DNA from: Octopus bimaculoides
Taxonomy: Eukaryota
Direction: 5' to 3'
Length of the DNA stretch: 64,000 nt
Assembly (NCBI RefSeq): GCF_001194135.2
Contig: NC_068981.1
Coordinates: 147,468,268-147,532,267, forward strand
The notes under the pieces were generated by a model. It ran no database searches and was not told the origin of the DNA. It saw only the letters and a program-made list of their open reading frames with translations. Made by a program: the position numbers and the translations under genes. This document shows, piece by piece, positions 1 through 11,809 of the stretch. Within the stretch, counting starts at the first letter, position 1, and every line of letters starts with the position of its first letter.

Positions 1-347
1 AAATGCCAGATTTAAAAATTATCTTTAAATTTGGTATTATTTATTCTACCAGTCTCTTTTTGAGAACCACTAATTTATAGAGATGTGAACAAACCAACAC
101 TGGTTGTCAAATAGTAGGGGAGTTGGATAACCCCCCCCCCACACACAGACATAGATGCATGCACACACACGCACACACATGGGGCAGGTTTCCACACAGT
201 TTCTGTCTACCAGATCCATTCACAAAGCACTGGTTGACATGGGGCTATAGCAAAAGTCACTTGCTCAAGATACTGCACAGTGGGACTGAACCAAAGATCA
301 CATGCATTGCAAAGTGAGCTTCTTAACCACACAGCTATGCCTGTGCC
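1..347 (-). mobile_element. tRNA-derived CORE-type SINE, decayed copy
   Basis: Reverse complement of the head/core in the 769-1146 copy (cagtttctgtctaccagatccattcacaaagcactggttgac...cttcttaaccacacagc). Confidence 0.7.
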
Positions 348-768
348 ATTATGAGACAAAATAATAGTAATAATAATAATAATAAATGAATCCTCAGTTG
401 ATTCCAATGATGACTATTCAGTGTCCAATCCACTGAGTGACTACTCCTTGAATTAACATGTGAAGTGACTAAGTAGTCTACAAATGAGTGTAACCTTAAT
501 GTAATTAATTCTCAGGAAGAATCTGCATGGCATAGTGTGTTCAGGCTGGAGTCATGAATTACAAGTGCAATCCATTTGGCAGCCTACTAAACAGTTTCCA
601 TCTATCCAGCTATACTCACAAGGCTTTGGTTAACCTGAGGTTGTGGTAAAAGACCTTTTCTCAAGATACCATTCAGGGGAACTAGATGCAGGGTTGCATG
701 ATAACAAAGTGAACTTTTAACTATTCAGTTATATAAAAATAGAATTAAAAAAAAAAAATACTATAACA

Positions 769-1146
769 GGCACAAGCATGGCTGAGTGGTTAATAGGCTT
801 GTTTTGTAACTACATAGCATCGTATTCAGTCCCACTGCACAGTACCTTGGGTAAGTGTCATCTACTATAGCAGCAGGCAAACCAATGCCTTGTGTAGATG
901 GAAACTGTGTGGAATCTCATCATATATATGTGTGTATGTGTGTTATCCCACCCTTTCCCCAACCACTTTACAACCAAGTGTTGATTTATGTCCTCTGTAA
1001 CTTAGAAGTTCAGCAAAAGGAGCTAACAGAATAAGTACCAAATTTGAAAAAAAAAGTACTGGGGTTGATTTATTCAACAAAAACCTTCAAGGTGGTGCCT
1101 CAGTATGACCACAGTCCTATGACTGAAACAAGTAAAAGATAAAAGG
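769..1146 (+). mobile_element. tRNA-derived CORE-type SINE, near full length, tail type A
   Basis: tRNA-like head (catggctgagtggttaa...ttcagtcccactgc), CORE-like caccttgggtaagtgtc, (CA/TG) linker, 3' end gactgaaacaagtaaaagat; many similar copies in the window. Confidence 0.8.
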
Positions 1147-1178
1147 TAACAATATATTTGCACAGCTTTCATTTATAG

Positions 1179-1249
1179 CTTTCTGTGCTGCATGCTCTTT
1201 GACTTCTGTTATTGGTACAAAATGGCTGCAAACCAGCAGGAACAGTTTA
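1179..1249 (+). CDS. Candidate exon, unknown product (FLCCMLFDFCYWYKMAANQQEQF; possible start AAAATGG at 1222)
   Basis: Acceptor ctttcatttatag at 1178, donor gtaagt at 1250, two open frames; phase-compatible with 1450-1530. No recognised homology. Confidence 0.3.
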
Positions 1250-1449
1250 GTAAGTAAATATTCAGAATTTGCTCAAACCATCCCACTGCTGTTGCACGAG
1301 TGGTAAAAAATGAATGCAAAACAAAATTTAATTAGAAGACATATTTATTTAACAACATCACTCCAGCTATTTCAGAAAATATCTGCAGGTTTCCAGATTT
1401 CACATTCTGAATTGCCTTTCTCACTAATCTCTAACCTATCCCTATACAG

Positions 1450-1530
1450 ATGTTGATCTACTACATTTTCTGGCTTACAAGTCAATGCAATATATAGTAA
1501 TCTGCATATCTTACTTAATGTGGATATACT
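1450..1530 (+). CDS. Candidate exon, unknown product (xVDLLHFLAYKSMQYIVICISYLMWIY)
   Basis: Branch-point-like ctaac plus ctatccctatacag acceptor, donor gtaaga at 1531, 81 nt, single open frame. The 3' part lies in an inverted-repeat arm, so it may be repeat-derived. Confidence 0.25.
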
Positions 1531-1661
1531 GTAAGAAAGCATCTTGTACAGATGTATAGTGCTAATGTTTTTTAGTATTATACATTTATGCAAGACACTT
1601 TATCAATTTGAATACTGCAGTGTTGTGGTTTCTTACAGTATATCTACATTAAGTAAGATAT
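1506..1661. repeat. Inverted repeat, 33-bp arms (1506-1538 and 1629-1661), 90-nt spacer
   Basis: atatcttacttaatgtggatatactgtaagaaa vs reverse complement of 1629-1661 atatcttacttaatgtagatatactgtaagaaa, one mismatch; weaker similarity extends to about 1494 and 1671. Confidence 0.9.
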
Positions 1662-1985
1662 ACATTGCTATTATGAACTAATACTACTTCCATCACTAAT
1701 AATGAAAGTAGTATACAGTGTAAACATTCAAACATTGTCATTATCTTTCCAAATCCCAATTTATTTCACATGGAATTTTTCACCCTCTAAAGTCTTGTTT
1801 TATATGTTGTGTGTACATTCTAGAAAAATTAGACTTGTAAGCCAGATAATATAGTAGAGAGATTCAAACTGAACATCAGCTGCATTGATATCAAGTCTGG
1901 AAGATTGTGCAATCATTACTCGTTCTCACAAACAAAAATCTAATGTCTAGTGATGGTTTTCCATAATGGTTATCACTGGCGTGTG

Positions 1986-2409
1986 CAGTGCTAGATTAAC
2001 CATTAAGCAAAATAAGCACGTATTCAGGGCATCAAGGGAAGGGGTGCACCACAGAAATGGTAAATGGCTTATGGCACAAAAGAAATCAATCTGAACTTGG
2101 CTAAAATAATAATCAGGATGCTTTATCTCTACTAAGTATAGAAGTAGATGTGTTATGTAAGATTAATTTTGAGGATCTGATCAAAGACTTTGCAATTAAA
2201 AAAAAAAAGAAGAAAACTTTTGAAATATAAATAAAGTGGAAATATAAAAAAATAGACATTATTTTTCATCCTACTGTTCAGTTTTGTTTTAGTCTGAAAA
2301 ATAAATTTATTTTATGGTTTATTATTGTTTATATTTTGAATTACAAAAATATGAGAGCACCAATATCTTTTAAGTGCTTAGGGCCTCTATGGGTCTTAAT
2401 CTGGCCCTG
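1986..2409. mobile_element. hAT-type MITE
   Basis: TIRs cagtgctagattaa / rc cagggccagattaa (12/14); 8-bp TSD ggcgtgtg (1978-1985) and ggagtgtg (2410-2417), 7/8; no ORF. Confidence 0.75.
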
Positions 2410-3744
2410 GGAGTGTGCAAGTGAATCCAAGTAATTTTAGTCACACTCCTAACTTTAGGTATGTTCTAATGCACTATATTGCAATCATATATATCATAAC
2501 TTTGATTAACCAAGACATGTAAGATCTTCCATAAATGTTTCATAATCAACTTTCTTCCAAGTCAGCTGTACATTTTCATTTTGTTTATTATATAATCTAC
2601 TATATTATTCCATTCATATGTCTAAATGAATCTCTCACCTCTCTGACGTCGATATACATAGACGGCCTGTGGTTTGAAACAAGTTAACTCTTAAAGGATG
2701 CCTATTAGTTTTCTACATTATTCACTACACGTATATGCTAAGACGTTTTTCAAGTTCCACAACCTTCACATACAAAGAGAGATTTCTACCTTTCTAAATT
2801 GATCTTAAACGAAACTAGTAATTCCCCACTGGTTCTGGCACTTCATCTTGCCTTCTGGTTTGAACAGTGTCAATGTAGCTTTTAGTCTCTCTTAACTGGT
2901 GCAGACACTAGATGATTGATTGTTATCCAAAGTTTTGTTTGCAAGATCACCAAGAGCTATTTGTTCTTCTGCCATAGACTTAAATTATATAGCCAAAACA
3001 CTCAGGTGCACACTAGAGTGTTTGTTTATTTACATACTGCTCTCCCTTGGGGAAGGAGGCACGTTTTGTTCAACTGCATACATGTGGCAGTGCTAACTCA
3101 TAATTCATGGCCTAACATGTTAGCATCTTAGTCATGTCTACTCTAAGCACACATGAATACATACATGCATGTATACACACAGAGAGATTATAGCTATCAA
3201 TTATATTTTAAAGGATACAATGATATTTCTTTTATTATTCTGAAATATAGCAATGAAAATAGAGTAAAAAAAAAAATGTAGCATTCCAACTACAATAGTA
3301 CAACTTGATACAGAATTTAGAATATCCATTAGAATGACAAAGAAAGTACATGTGATGATTCAGAATGAAATTTCCACTTTCCTACAGTTAATAACTAAAC
3401 AATAGGAAAAACCAATACAATGTGAAAAGAAAAATGGCAAAATGATAAACTGCTGAGTGACCCTAGGCTAGAACCTACCTTGTTATCAAATGAATGAAAT
3501 TGCTGTATAAAAAAAAATAGAAAAAATTCCTAACAAAAAACCCCAGCAAAACAATGAAATACTGACTGCTTTTAAATTTAAAAAGGTAGCTCAAAGAATT
3601 ACTTAAGATCTCAGCTGCTTTTGCTAACATTTTTTTATGGCACAGCACAGTTCTCTCCTGAAATTATTTCAATTTCAAGATATTTGTTATTCTAGAATTA
3701 AAACCCAACAATTATCTTGCAAGTAAAAAATAAAAAAAAAAAGA

Positions 3745-3794
3745 CGAGAGAGAGAGAGAGAGAAAAAATGTGAGAAAGGAAATAAAGAGGGTGT

Positions 3795-3835
<41 letters not shown>

Positions 3836-4265
3836 CATGTAAATTAGAGAAAGTATGAGATAGCATGAAAAAGAGAAAGTGCATAAGGTATAAAACAGTA
3901 AGAGAAAGGGGGGAAACATGTGGAATAGCACAGGAAGCGGAGAATAGGTAGGATAGTGATAGAAAGAGAGAGTGTGGGGAAAGCAAGAGACAGGGAGAGT
4001 ATGTGGGATAGTGAGAGAAGTGGAGAGCATACAGGATAGAATGCGAAAGTGTACAGGATAACCAAAGAAAGGGAATGTGTACTGGGTAACAAGAGAAAGG
4101 GAGCCTGGACAGGATAGAAAGAGCACATAATTAAGGCAGGAAGAGATAACAAGAGAAAGACAGAATGTATGAGATAAAGAGAGAGAGAGAGAGAGCATGT
4201 GAGATGACAAGAGTAAACAAGAGTTATAACAAATGGAGCGCATGTAGCAGAGAGAGAGAGAGAGT
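3745..4265. repeat. Purine-rich degenerate (GA)n tract
   Basis: About 520 bp of GA-rich sequence with several pure (GA)n runs; it generates the spurious L/S-rich minus-strand ORFs. Confidence 0.85.
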
Positions 4266-4309
4266 GTATGCAAGATGTCACAATTACCCAGTTTTTGCTT
4301 CTCTGAGCA

Positions 4310-4590
4310 AGCTAGAAGCATAGCACCTTCACTCTAGCTTACTTGTCTGCCTGTCTTCTCATCGCTTATGCTGGATCCACCTGGATCCACATTATCTACT
4401 ACAGCCAATCTTTCATCTATGCAATGTAAAACCTCCCTCTGGATTGTCTTTCTCCACATATTTTTCCTGAGACATTAAGCTGTAGGTGCTTAAACCGAGC
4501 ACCACCCATATGAATCCCATCAAGTCTTGGAGAACTTGTGAAAGTCTTAGACACTGCTCCTTCCTTTTGGCTAAACTACTGACAACAAAA
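4310..4590 (-). mobile_element. Possible decayed RTE LINE ORF2 C-terminal fragment
   Basis: Minus-strand translation VSGKICGERQSRGRFYIA*MKDW resembles the RTE GKIEGKRxRGRPR...W tail; stops present. Confidence 0.35.
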
Positions 4591-5807
4591 ACAAAGTCTC
4601 ACATTACACAGAAGTTCTGGAATCATAAATAAAATCAGAAGCAGTGTAGGAGGAGATATTTTTGGTTTAGTGTAGTCACTAATAGTCTAGTTGTTTTTGA
4701 CTAAACTTTTTCCTTTTAGAATTAAATTGGAAAGACAAGTTGATAAAAAAAAGATTTTTTTTGCAGTGAATATAAATTGTCAAATTCATTAAATTGACTT
4801 TTTCTCCAGTTAACTTAGAGTATTTCTGTGGTTTTTGTTTCGTTCTTCAAATTGAAAAAAAAAAGAAAAGAAAAATGTTGTGCTCAAGGTTAAATATTGT
4901 TCAATAGAAAGCAAATCTAAAGAAAAGTTCTTGCTTTCATAAAAATAATAAAATCAGAACAAAACAATTATTTTTTTGAAACCATTTCATTTTGCGGATA
5001 TTTAAGTCAATATTTTCTTTATGTTTTAATTAAAATTATTCTTAAACAGTTTTCCTTATATTTCAAAAGTTTCTTATTAAAAAAATATTAACATATACTT
5101 TTAAAATGTTCACAGAATAGTAGTAGTGAGCCAGAAAACAAACCTTGTAGTTGAATGTTTGGATAATGCTATAATATTTTAAACTTTTAATATTTATAGG
5201 GTCTTTGTAATAAACAACATAACTTGAGCTAATTGAATAATACTGATCAAGAATAAACAACAAAATGGGTATTTTGAAATCCAAGTAGAACTTGGTAATA
5301 GACATGCCTTCAAACTTGCCACAACTAATGTTACAATAAACAGATGAATATTTACACCTCTACCCACCACCATCACACATAGATATTCCATCTAAACATA
5401 AAAATATAATAAAATATAAAATTTTTAAAGTAGGAGACAAGCAGACAGACCTGAAGCAGGTCTGGCATAGAGAGGGAAAATCATTGATGAGGTTGTAAAT
5501 GGCAATGAAAGAACATTGACAAATGTAGCTGATTGATTTATTAAACAAATGATTAATCAAACAATCAACATGGTTAAATGTTAATGAATTTAATAATAAT
5601 GAAAGATGTGAAATAGAACCTGTAAGTTTGTTTATTATTGGCACAATGACCATCCCTAGATGCAACAAAATCTGCTTCAACACGAGTTCACATCAAGAAT
5701 GTTGCAAACCAATCTTAATGTCTACCAATTTTCATTTTCTAAACCATGAAACTGGGGCAAATGGGAAGTTGACAAAAGATGGAAACGGTTTATACACTCC
5801 AAATTCA

Positions 5808-6075
5808 TCATCATCGTTTAACATCCGCTTTCCATGCTAGCATGGGTTGGACGATTTGACTGAGGACTAGCGAACCAGATGGCTGCACCAGGCTCCAATC
5901 TGATCTGGCAGAGTTTCTACAGCTGGATGCCCTTCCTAACGCCAACCACTCGAAGAGTGTAGTGGGTGCTTTTATGTGACACCGTCACGAGGGCCAGTCA
6001 GACAGTACTGGCAATGGCCACGCTCAAGTGGTGTTTTTTACGTGCCACCTGCACAGGAGCCAGTCCAGCTGCACT
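5808..6075 (-). mobile_element. RTE-associated LINE 3' UTR fragment with (GAT)n tail
   Basis: Reverse complement of the 3' part of 24040-24480; begins catcatcatcgtttaacatccgctttccatgctagcatgggttggacg. Confidence 0.8.
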
Positions 6076-6303
6076 GTAGATACTAATCGATAAGAATCAA
6101 AATTATGTTGAGAATGGTGAACAATGTAATAAATAAGAAATAACTGAGTAAATACCTGTGAAATTAGGCAAAATGCAGGAGTGGAAATCAATGTTATGCA
6201 TTCATAGTGGACCAAAAATATGAAATCTTGAGAGAGGAAGGTCTTAGAAATGCAGCACAGTTAAATATTTTAAAGTTCATATAAAAGTTAGAAATAATTC
6301 TAC

Positions 6304-6620
6304 AAGCTTGTGAGTGCATTTTGTAGATGGAAACTGAAAGAAGCCTGTTGTGTGTGTGTATGCATGCATGCATGCATGTGTGTGTTAGTCTCCTTGCTTT
6401 AACTTCACATGATAATCATAGGTGACTGTTATTATCACACAAGCAGTGTCTTTTGTTTCCAATTTTCTAGCCCTGTGGAAATTTTACCTTCATTGAAAAC
6501 AAAGTGAGGGTTAGTGATAGGGAGGACATCTAGCAATAGAAGATCTACCGCAACAAATACTGTCTAACCCATGCAAGCATGGAAAAATAGATGTTATGAT
6601 GGTTATGATCATCATCATGA
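6304..6620 (+). mobile_element. CORE SINE with RTE-like tail (type B), 5' truncated
   Basis: ttgtgagtgcattttgtagatggaaactgaaagaagcc followed by tail ending aacccatgcaagcatggaaaa...gatg. Confidence 0.7.
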
Positions 6621-6889
6621 CTATTATATTTTGATCATACTATTAGTGTAGATACTGAACTGTTTAGCACCAATGATGATGAGTATGTCAAAATCCTTTC
6701 AACATTAAATGCTGTTGCAATTATTAAGGTGATGACATTATATAACTATTGACATAGTATTACAAAAGAGTCACAAAAGAAGCAAAAAAAAAAACACATC
6801 AGTTACATAAAAGTAAGTATTTTCAGATGTTTTTTATTTATTTTTTAAAATTTAAATTGGTACGTTGAATCAAAACCCTATATCATGAT

Positions 6890-7300
6890 CATCATCATTG
6901 TATTAACATCAACTTTTATATGCTTGTATGAATCAGATGGAGTTTATTGAGGCAGATTTCATATGGTCAGATGCCTTTTCTATTGCCAACTTGCACTTAC
7001 TTTCAAGTAAGGTAATATTTTCCTTTGGCTAAATATGTTTACACAGAATACTGGAAATAAGTGACACTACTTGTATAACAATAACAAAACTATTGCACAA
7101 TGTCAAGACAAGAAGACACAAACATACATGTACTCACATATATACAACAGTCCCATTTCAGTTTCCATCTATCAAATTCACTCACAGAGCTTTGGTTGGC
7201 ACAAGACTAAAGAAGACACTTGCCCAAGATGTCATGCGATGAGATTGAACCTGAAAACCATGTGGTTAGGAAGGAAGCTTTTTAACCACAAAACACCCAT
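6890..7300 (-). mobile_element. CORE SINE type B, inverted relative to 6304-6620
   Basis: catcatcat tail, gaggcagatttc...gatgccttttctattgccaac, then reverse CORE head (cagtttccatctatcaaattcactcacagagc). Confidence 0.7.
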
Positions 7301-8159
7301 GTCTATATAGAATAAATATTAAATGAGGTATCCAATTAATTAATTAATAGCAGTTAGAACTTCATCTGTAAACTTTTAAATTAATGTCTGTCTAGAAATC
7401 TATTCAAAATGTTTTTAATTTATGAGATAGATACAAGTTGTAAGAGTGTTTGGATATTTTCTTAAAAGTGCATTTCGATAACTCCCACGTTGAAGAGCAG
7501 AATGAGATTATCAGAAAATAAATGACATCAGTTCAAGTAGAGACAGACTCATAGACTAGAATATCGGTAATTGCAAAAGATTCCTAGCTCATAGATCAAT
7601 CAGCCTGAATAATGAGATGCTTTTATTTCAGCATAACTTCTTTGGTTATGATCAGAAAACCTGCAATACTCTGTTACATTTCAGAGAACAAATGTTGTTT
7701 ACAATTGACCAGACAACTTATTTTCTAAATCTCTCTATAAAAACTAGTTTGGGAATATTGAATGTCAAATTTTCAAATAGGCTTTTTGTAAAAATGTTTA
7801 GATCGGACATTTTACAATATTTCTGTAAACAAATGAGTTGAAGAGAACAAGAAAAATTTGAATAACTTAAGGAGAAAAAAAAAAAAGAAAATTCTCTTCC
7901 CAACTGATGTAGTTATTTCAAATGTGAAGACTTTAATTAGATTCCAGCAAATTTGATTTATATTTTTAGCCATGATAATCTCATCTCAGCTGTAGATATA
8001 ATGTCCTAAGTTCTAAGGTCTTCTTTGCATGTGATTCCTGTCTTCAAGATAGCAAGGAATTTTCGCAACTATTTAGAGTAGATTGAATAATTATGAAGAA
8101 TACTTTCTAGCTGACCAAAACAGTATATAACATCAACTTTAAAAATTACCCAATGAAAG

Positions 8160-8335
8160 AGTATCTATGTTGTTGTTCAACCAGCTAGAAATATAAGCCA
8201 AATGTCCCTCAAACCACACATTGTCTACAAAAAACTGCTCATTCGGAAAATGTAGAAACATTAGGCATAAACAGCATGATAGAAGATCTTGGCTAAAATG
8301 CTTTTGATCATAGGTCTACTCAGCATTAATAACCA
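8160..8335 (-). repeat. Unclassified dispersed repeat (third short family)
   Basis: Reverse complement resembles 11810-11985 and 40035-40215 (ctatgatcaaaagcatt...gagggacatttggct...tttctag). Confidence 0.5.
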
Positions 8336-9047
8336 CACAAGAGTCAAACTTTGCATTTGTTACTAACCATCAACAGAATTGACCAAACCTGCATTTTGTA
8401 TCTGTGCTGCAGCCATCTCCAGTCTTCATTCCTATAAAACTTGACTGAATATCAAAATAAAGGCAAGGTAGCTTGATTGCCAATTGTTAAAAGAAAAAAG
8501 GTATTTGTTAGGTTATGAAGAATTCTGGATACTAACATGCTCCAGTTTGATAGTAAAAGATAATTCTGATGGAGATAGACCAAAGACTATGTGAAGTAAC
8601 AAGGCAAGATTATACAGGATTGAGAATAAAAAATAATACTATACTGCAAGTAGAGCAACTCAAACCAACATATGAAAATTAAAAGTAAAAAATGATTAAA
8701 ACAAGAGATTAATAAAATGTTTCCCTTCTATTATTCCTTCACAGCTGAAAAATCAAAGACTTTACATACTATATTAAAAATTAATTTAAAACTATATATG
8801 AAGGTAATTTCTATATTCTTTTTCCATACTAGCACGCACTCAGCTAACAAGTAATTAAAAGAAAAGTTAGTCATAGGAAGGTATATGAACTTTGCAGGCA
8901 TCTATTGCCAAGAGTGGTGATATTGATACAGTTCAAGTTCAACTCAAACATCTGTAGTTTAATGTTTATACGAAATATAAGCAGGGGTAGAATTTAGGAG
9001 AGTTGCAATTCAGGGGAGGGGGAAAGACAGTTAGGGGTGACAGATGC

Positions 9048-9072
9048 ATTGCGTCACGTGGGCTCACGTGGA
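9048..9072. promoter_or_regulatory. Tandem E-boxes (TCACGTGG x2, 10-bp period) overlapping a bZIP-like ATTGCGTCA
   Basis: attgcgtcacgtgggctcacgtgg; CACGTG at 9055-9060 and 9065-9070 in otherwise CpG-poor unique DNA. Function not shown. Confidence 0.3.
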
Positions 9073-9334
9073 GAGAGTATGCAGCTAATTAGTTCAAACT
9101 AGAGATCAGTGCAATAGAAATAGAAGAGTGTACTTAAATTACAAGTTGTTAATTAGCTAATATCAAATGTTTTGAAATAATAATAAATAATGTAGAATTG
9201 ATTAATAGTAAAGATAAATTTATTAGCTGGGTTGAATTTTCATTTTAAACCTTCCTAAAATTAAAATCAAAACAACAAAATTATTATTATCCTTATTCTT
9301 TTTATTAAAGCTTAAAGAATGTTCTTTTTTACAG

Positions 9335-9397
9335 CAACATGCACAGCTGACATTAAATGAAGGTCTTCAATAACTTCCATGCTAATTCTAACTTACG
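9335..9397 (+). other. Candidate 63-nt exon (non-coding or 5' UTR with late ATG, MLILTY)
   Basis: Acceptor gttctttttttacag, donor ACG|gtaaga; all three frames contain a stop before the late ATG. Confidence 0.25.
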
Positions 9398-9913
9398 GTA
9401 AGAATTTTAATGGAACGGCGACAAAATTTATGTTTCATCCTTTGATGTTATCAGAAAAAGAAAAAAAAAAAACTCAGTAAAGCAAAATAAAATGCCGATA
9501 AAAGAATCTGTTAGAAATGAGCAGTTATTTAAATTATCTTTTAAAAGATTGCCTTGCATAATTCTTTAAGAAAATCTCTGATGGAGGGGAAAAAGTAGAA
9601 AATGTAATTTAGAATACAGTTTAGTTCTGAAGTCAACTAATTTTTTTGTTCCAAATTATAATAGATAATATACTGGCTATTGAAATATTCCCAGGAAAGT
9701 TTGTGATTATAAAACTTATGATGTAAATGGGTTTGTGAGTACATGTGAAGTGACAGCAGAATACTTATAAAATGTTCATCTATTTTGTTGTTGACTTTTT
9801 AAAATATACATGGAGAGAGGAGTAAATATTAGAGCCCACAAAATTTGAGTGACTCATCAGTTTTTAGTTTAACTTGATCCAAAATCAATTTTTTTTTTTC
9901 ATTTATCTAAATT

Positions 9914-10124
9914 CTTTTTATTCTTTTACTTGATTCAGTAATTTGACTGTGGCCATGATGGAGTACCGCCTGAAAGGGAGTTAATCAAAGAAATTGACCC
10001 CAGGACTTATTCTTTGTAAGCCTAGTACTTATTCTATTGGTCTCTTTTGCCGGACCGTTAAGTTACGGGGACCTAAACACACCAGGATTGGTTGTCAAGT
10101 GATGGCGAGGGGACAAACACAAAT

Positions 10125-10157
<33 letters not shown>

Positions 10158-10218
10158 GACATATATATACACAACAGGCTTCTTCCAGTTTCCGTCTACC
10201 AAATCCACTCACAAGGCT
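9914..10218 (-). mobile_element. CORE SINE tail type A, relatively young copy truncated by gap
   Basis: CpG-retaining copy (gagtaccgcc...gccggaccgttaagttacgggg...tttccgtctaccaaatccactcacaaggct). Confidence 0.8.
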
Positions 10219-10228
10219 NNNNNNNNNN

Positions 10229-10289
<61 letters not shown>

Positions 10290-10420
10290 CACAAAAGATT
10301 AGTAATACACAGGGGTAAAAATCAGCTGCTATATCTCTTATCTTTCTGAATGAAGAATACTGTATAAAAGCAGTATATATTATCAAGAAATCAAATTTCA
10401 TGCAATTAGTCTTGGATATC

Positions 10421-10745
10421 TTTCCTTTTCTTTTACTTGTTTCAGCCATAGAACTGTGGCCATTCTAGGGCACCATCTTGAAGGGTTTTAGCCGAATTCA
10501 GTATGTATGTTTTAAGTTTGGTACTTATTCTATCAGTCTCCCTTGCTGAACCACTAAGTTTTAGGGGATGTAAACAAACCAGCACCAGTTGTCATGTGGT
10601 AGTGGGGGAACAGACACACACACATATACATACAGTCTACCAAATTCACTCACAAGACATTGGTCAGCTCAGTGCTATGGTATAAGAAACTTGTCCAAGG
10701 TGCCATGTGGTGGGATTGAACCTGAAACAATGTGGTCACAAAGCA
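10421..10745 (-). mobile_element. CORE SINE tail type A
   Basis: cttttacttgtttcagcc...ggtgccatgtggtgggattgaacc, reverse of consensus copies. Confidence 0.75.
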
Positions 10746-11809
10746 AGTTAGTCAGGAAATAGTACATAGACATTCATTGTAAGACAAATTTTGTGGGCAA
10801 AAAACTTTTGTATGGTTTAGGATTTATGTTGTTGCTTAGCACCAGGCCAGCCCTAATTGAGCAGGCACTCCATCTGTGACCATCCCATCTTTTTTTTTTA
10901 TATTAGAGTATTTAGGATTCTATTATGCTATGTAAAAATCCTTTTTAACTCTAGGGAGTAATTTGAGGTAGATTTACCTTTTACTTCCATTAGGTCAAGT
11001 GACTATATCGGTCTCCTTGTTGGGTTGTGTTTCCATACATACTGTTGACCATGTGTTTATATTTGCGGTAGCAACCATTAGTGTGTAATGAGCCATGTTT
11101 AACAAAGTAAAACATCTTGAAACATGATAAATTGATTGATTGTTTGAATATCCCATTTCTCAGCGCAAATTATAGCAAAAGGGGTGGGGAGTCTTTTCCT
11201 GGTTACATACAAACCTAAAGGTTTTACACCTAAATACATACATGTGTATGTGTGTGCATGTGTAGATGTTTTATACACAGAAAATACTTTAAATACTTTC
11301 CCAACAGAACAATTTACAATTCTTTCTGTATCTTTGGGTCGTAAAATTTATCTAAAAAATATTTACATAATTGTTCAAGAGACAGCAACAGGAAAAGAGG
11401 GAGAGACAGAGCAAAAGTGAGCAAGTGTGTGGTTGTGCGTGTGTGTGTGCATACATGCATGTGGGTATGCAAGATATCCTTTGTCAATTTTTCATGGATA
11501 AACCTTTGGTGAAGCAATAACTATTTAAACACATCAGAATGACCCTCAAATCCAGCCCCCTGAATATGGCCCACTTTAGTATCCTGTGGTACTATAGTAC
11601 TGACCAGATAAAAGGCACATTTTCATCTAGTTTACTGCCTAGTTGTTATGAAAAGTTTGAAGGCTAAGTGATAATTCTTTTGAAGGCAAGCGTCTATGGG
11701 ACCTATATGGGTAATATGAAACAGAATAAATTAAGTAGGTTTTAGGTTTGTTTGGCTAAGATATGAGAGAGAATGAAATTAGAATGGACTGTTGTTTTTT
11801 TTTACATGT

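Noticed and set aside
769-850. tRNA genes at SINE heads
   Set aside because: The A/B-box-like sequences are degenerate SINE heads with no complete cloverleaf and are continuous with the CORE domain.
3687-4321. ORFs of 99-207 aa on the minus strand
   Set aside because: They are translations of the (TC)n low-complexity tract.
2639-4467. Phase-compatible minus-strand exon chain (4343-4467, 3603-3657, 2639-2666)
   Set aside because: The first segment overlaps a probable RTE remnant and contains a 10-bp slippage duplication; the acceptor is weak; the joined peptide has no recognisable family; phase agreement can easily be chance.
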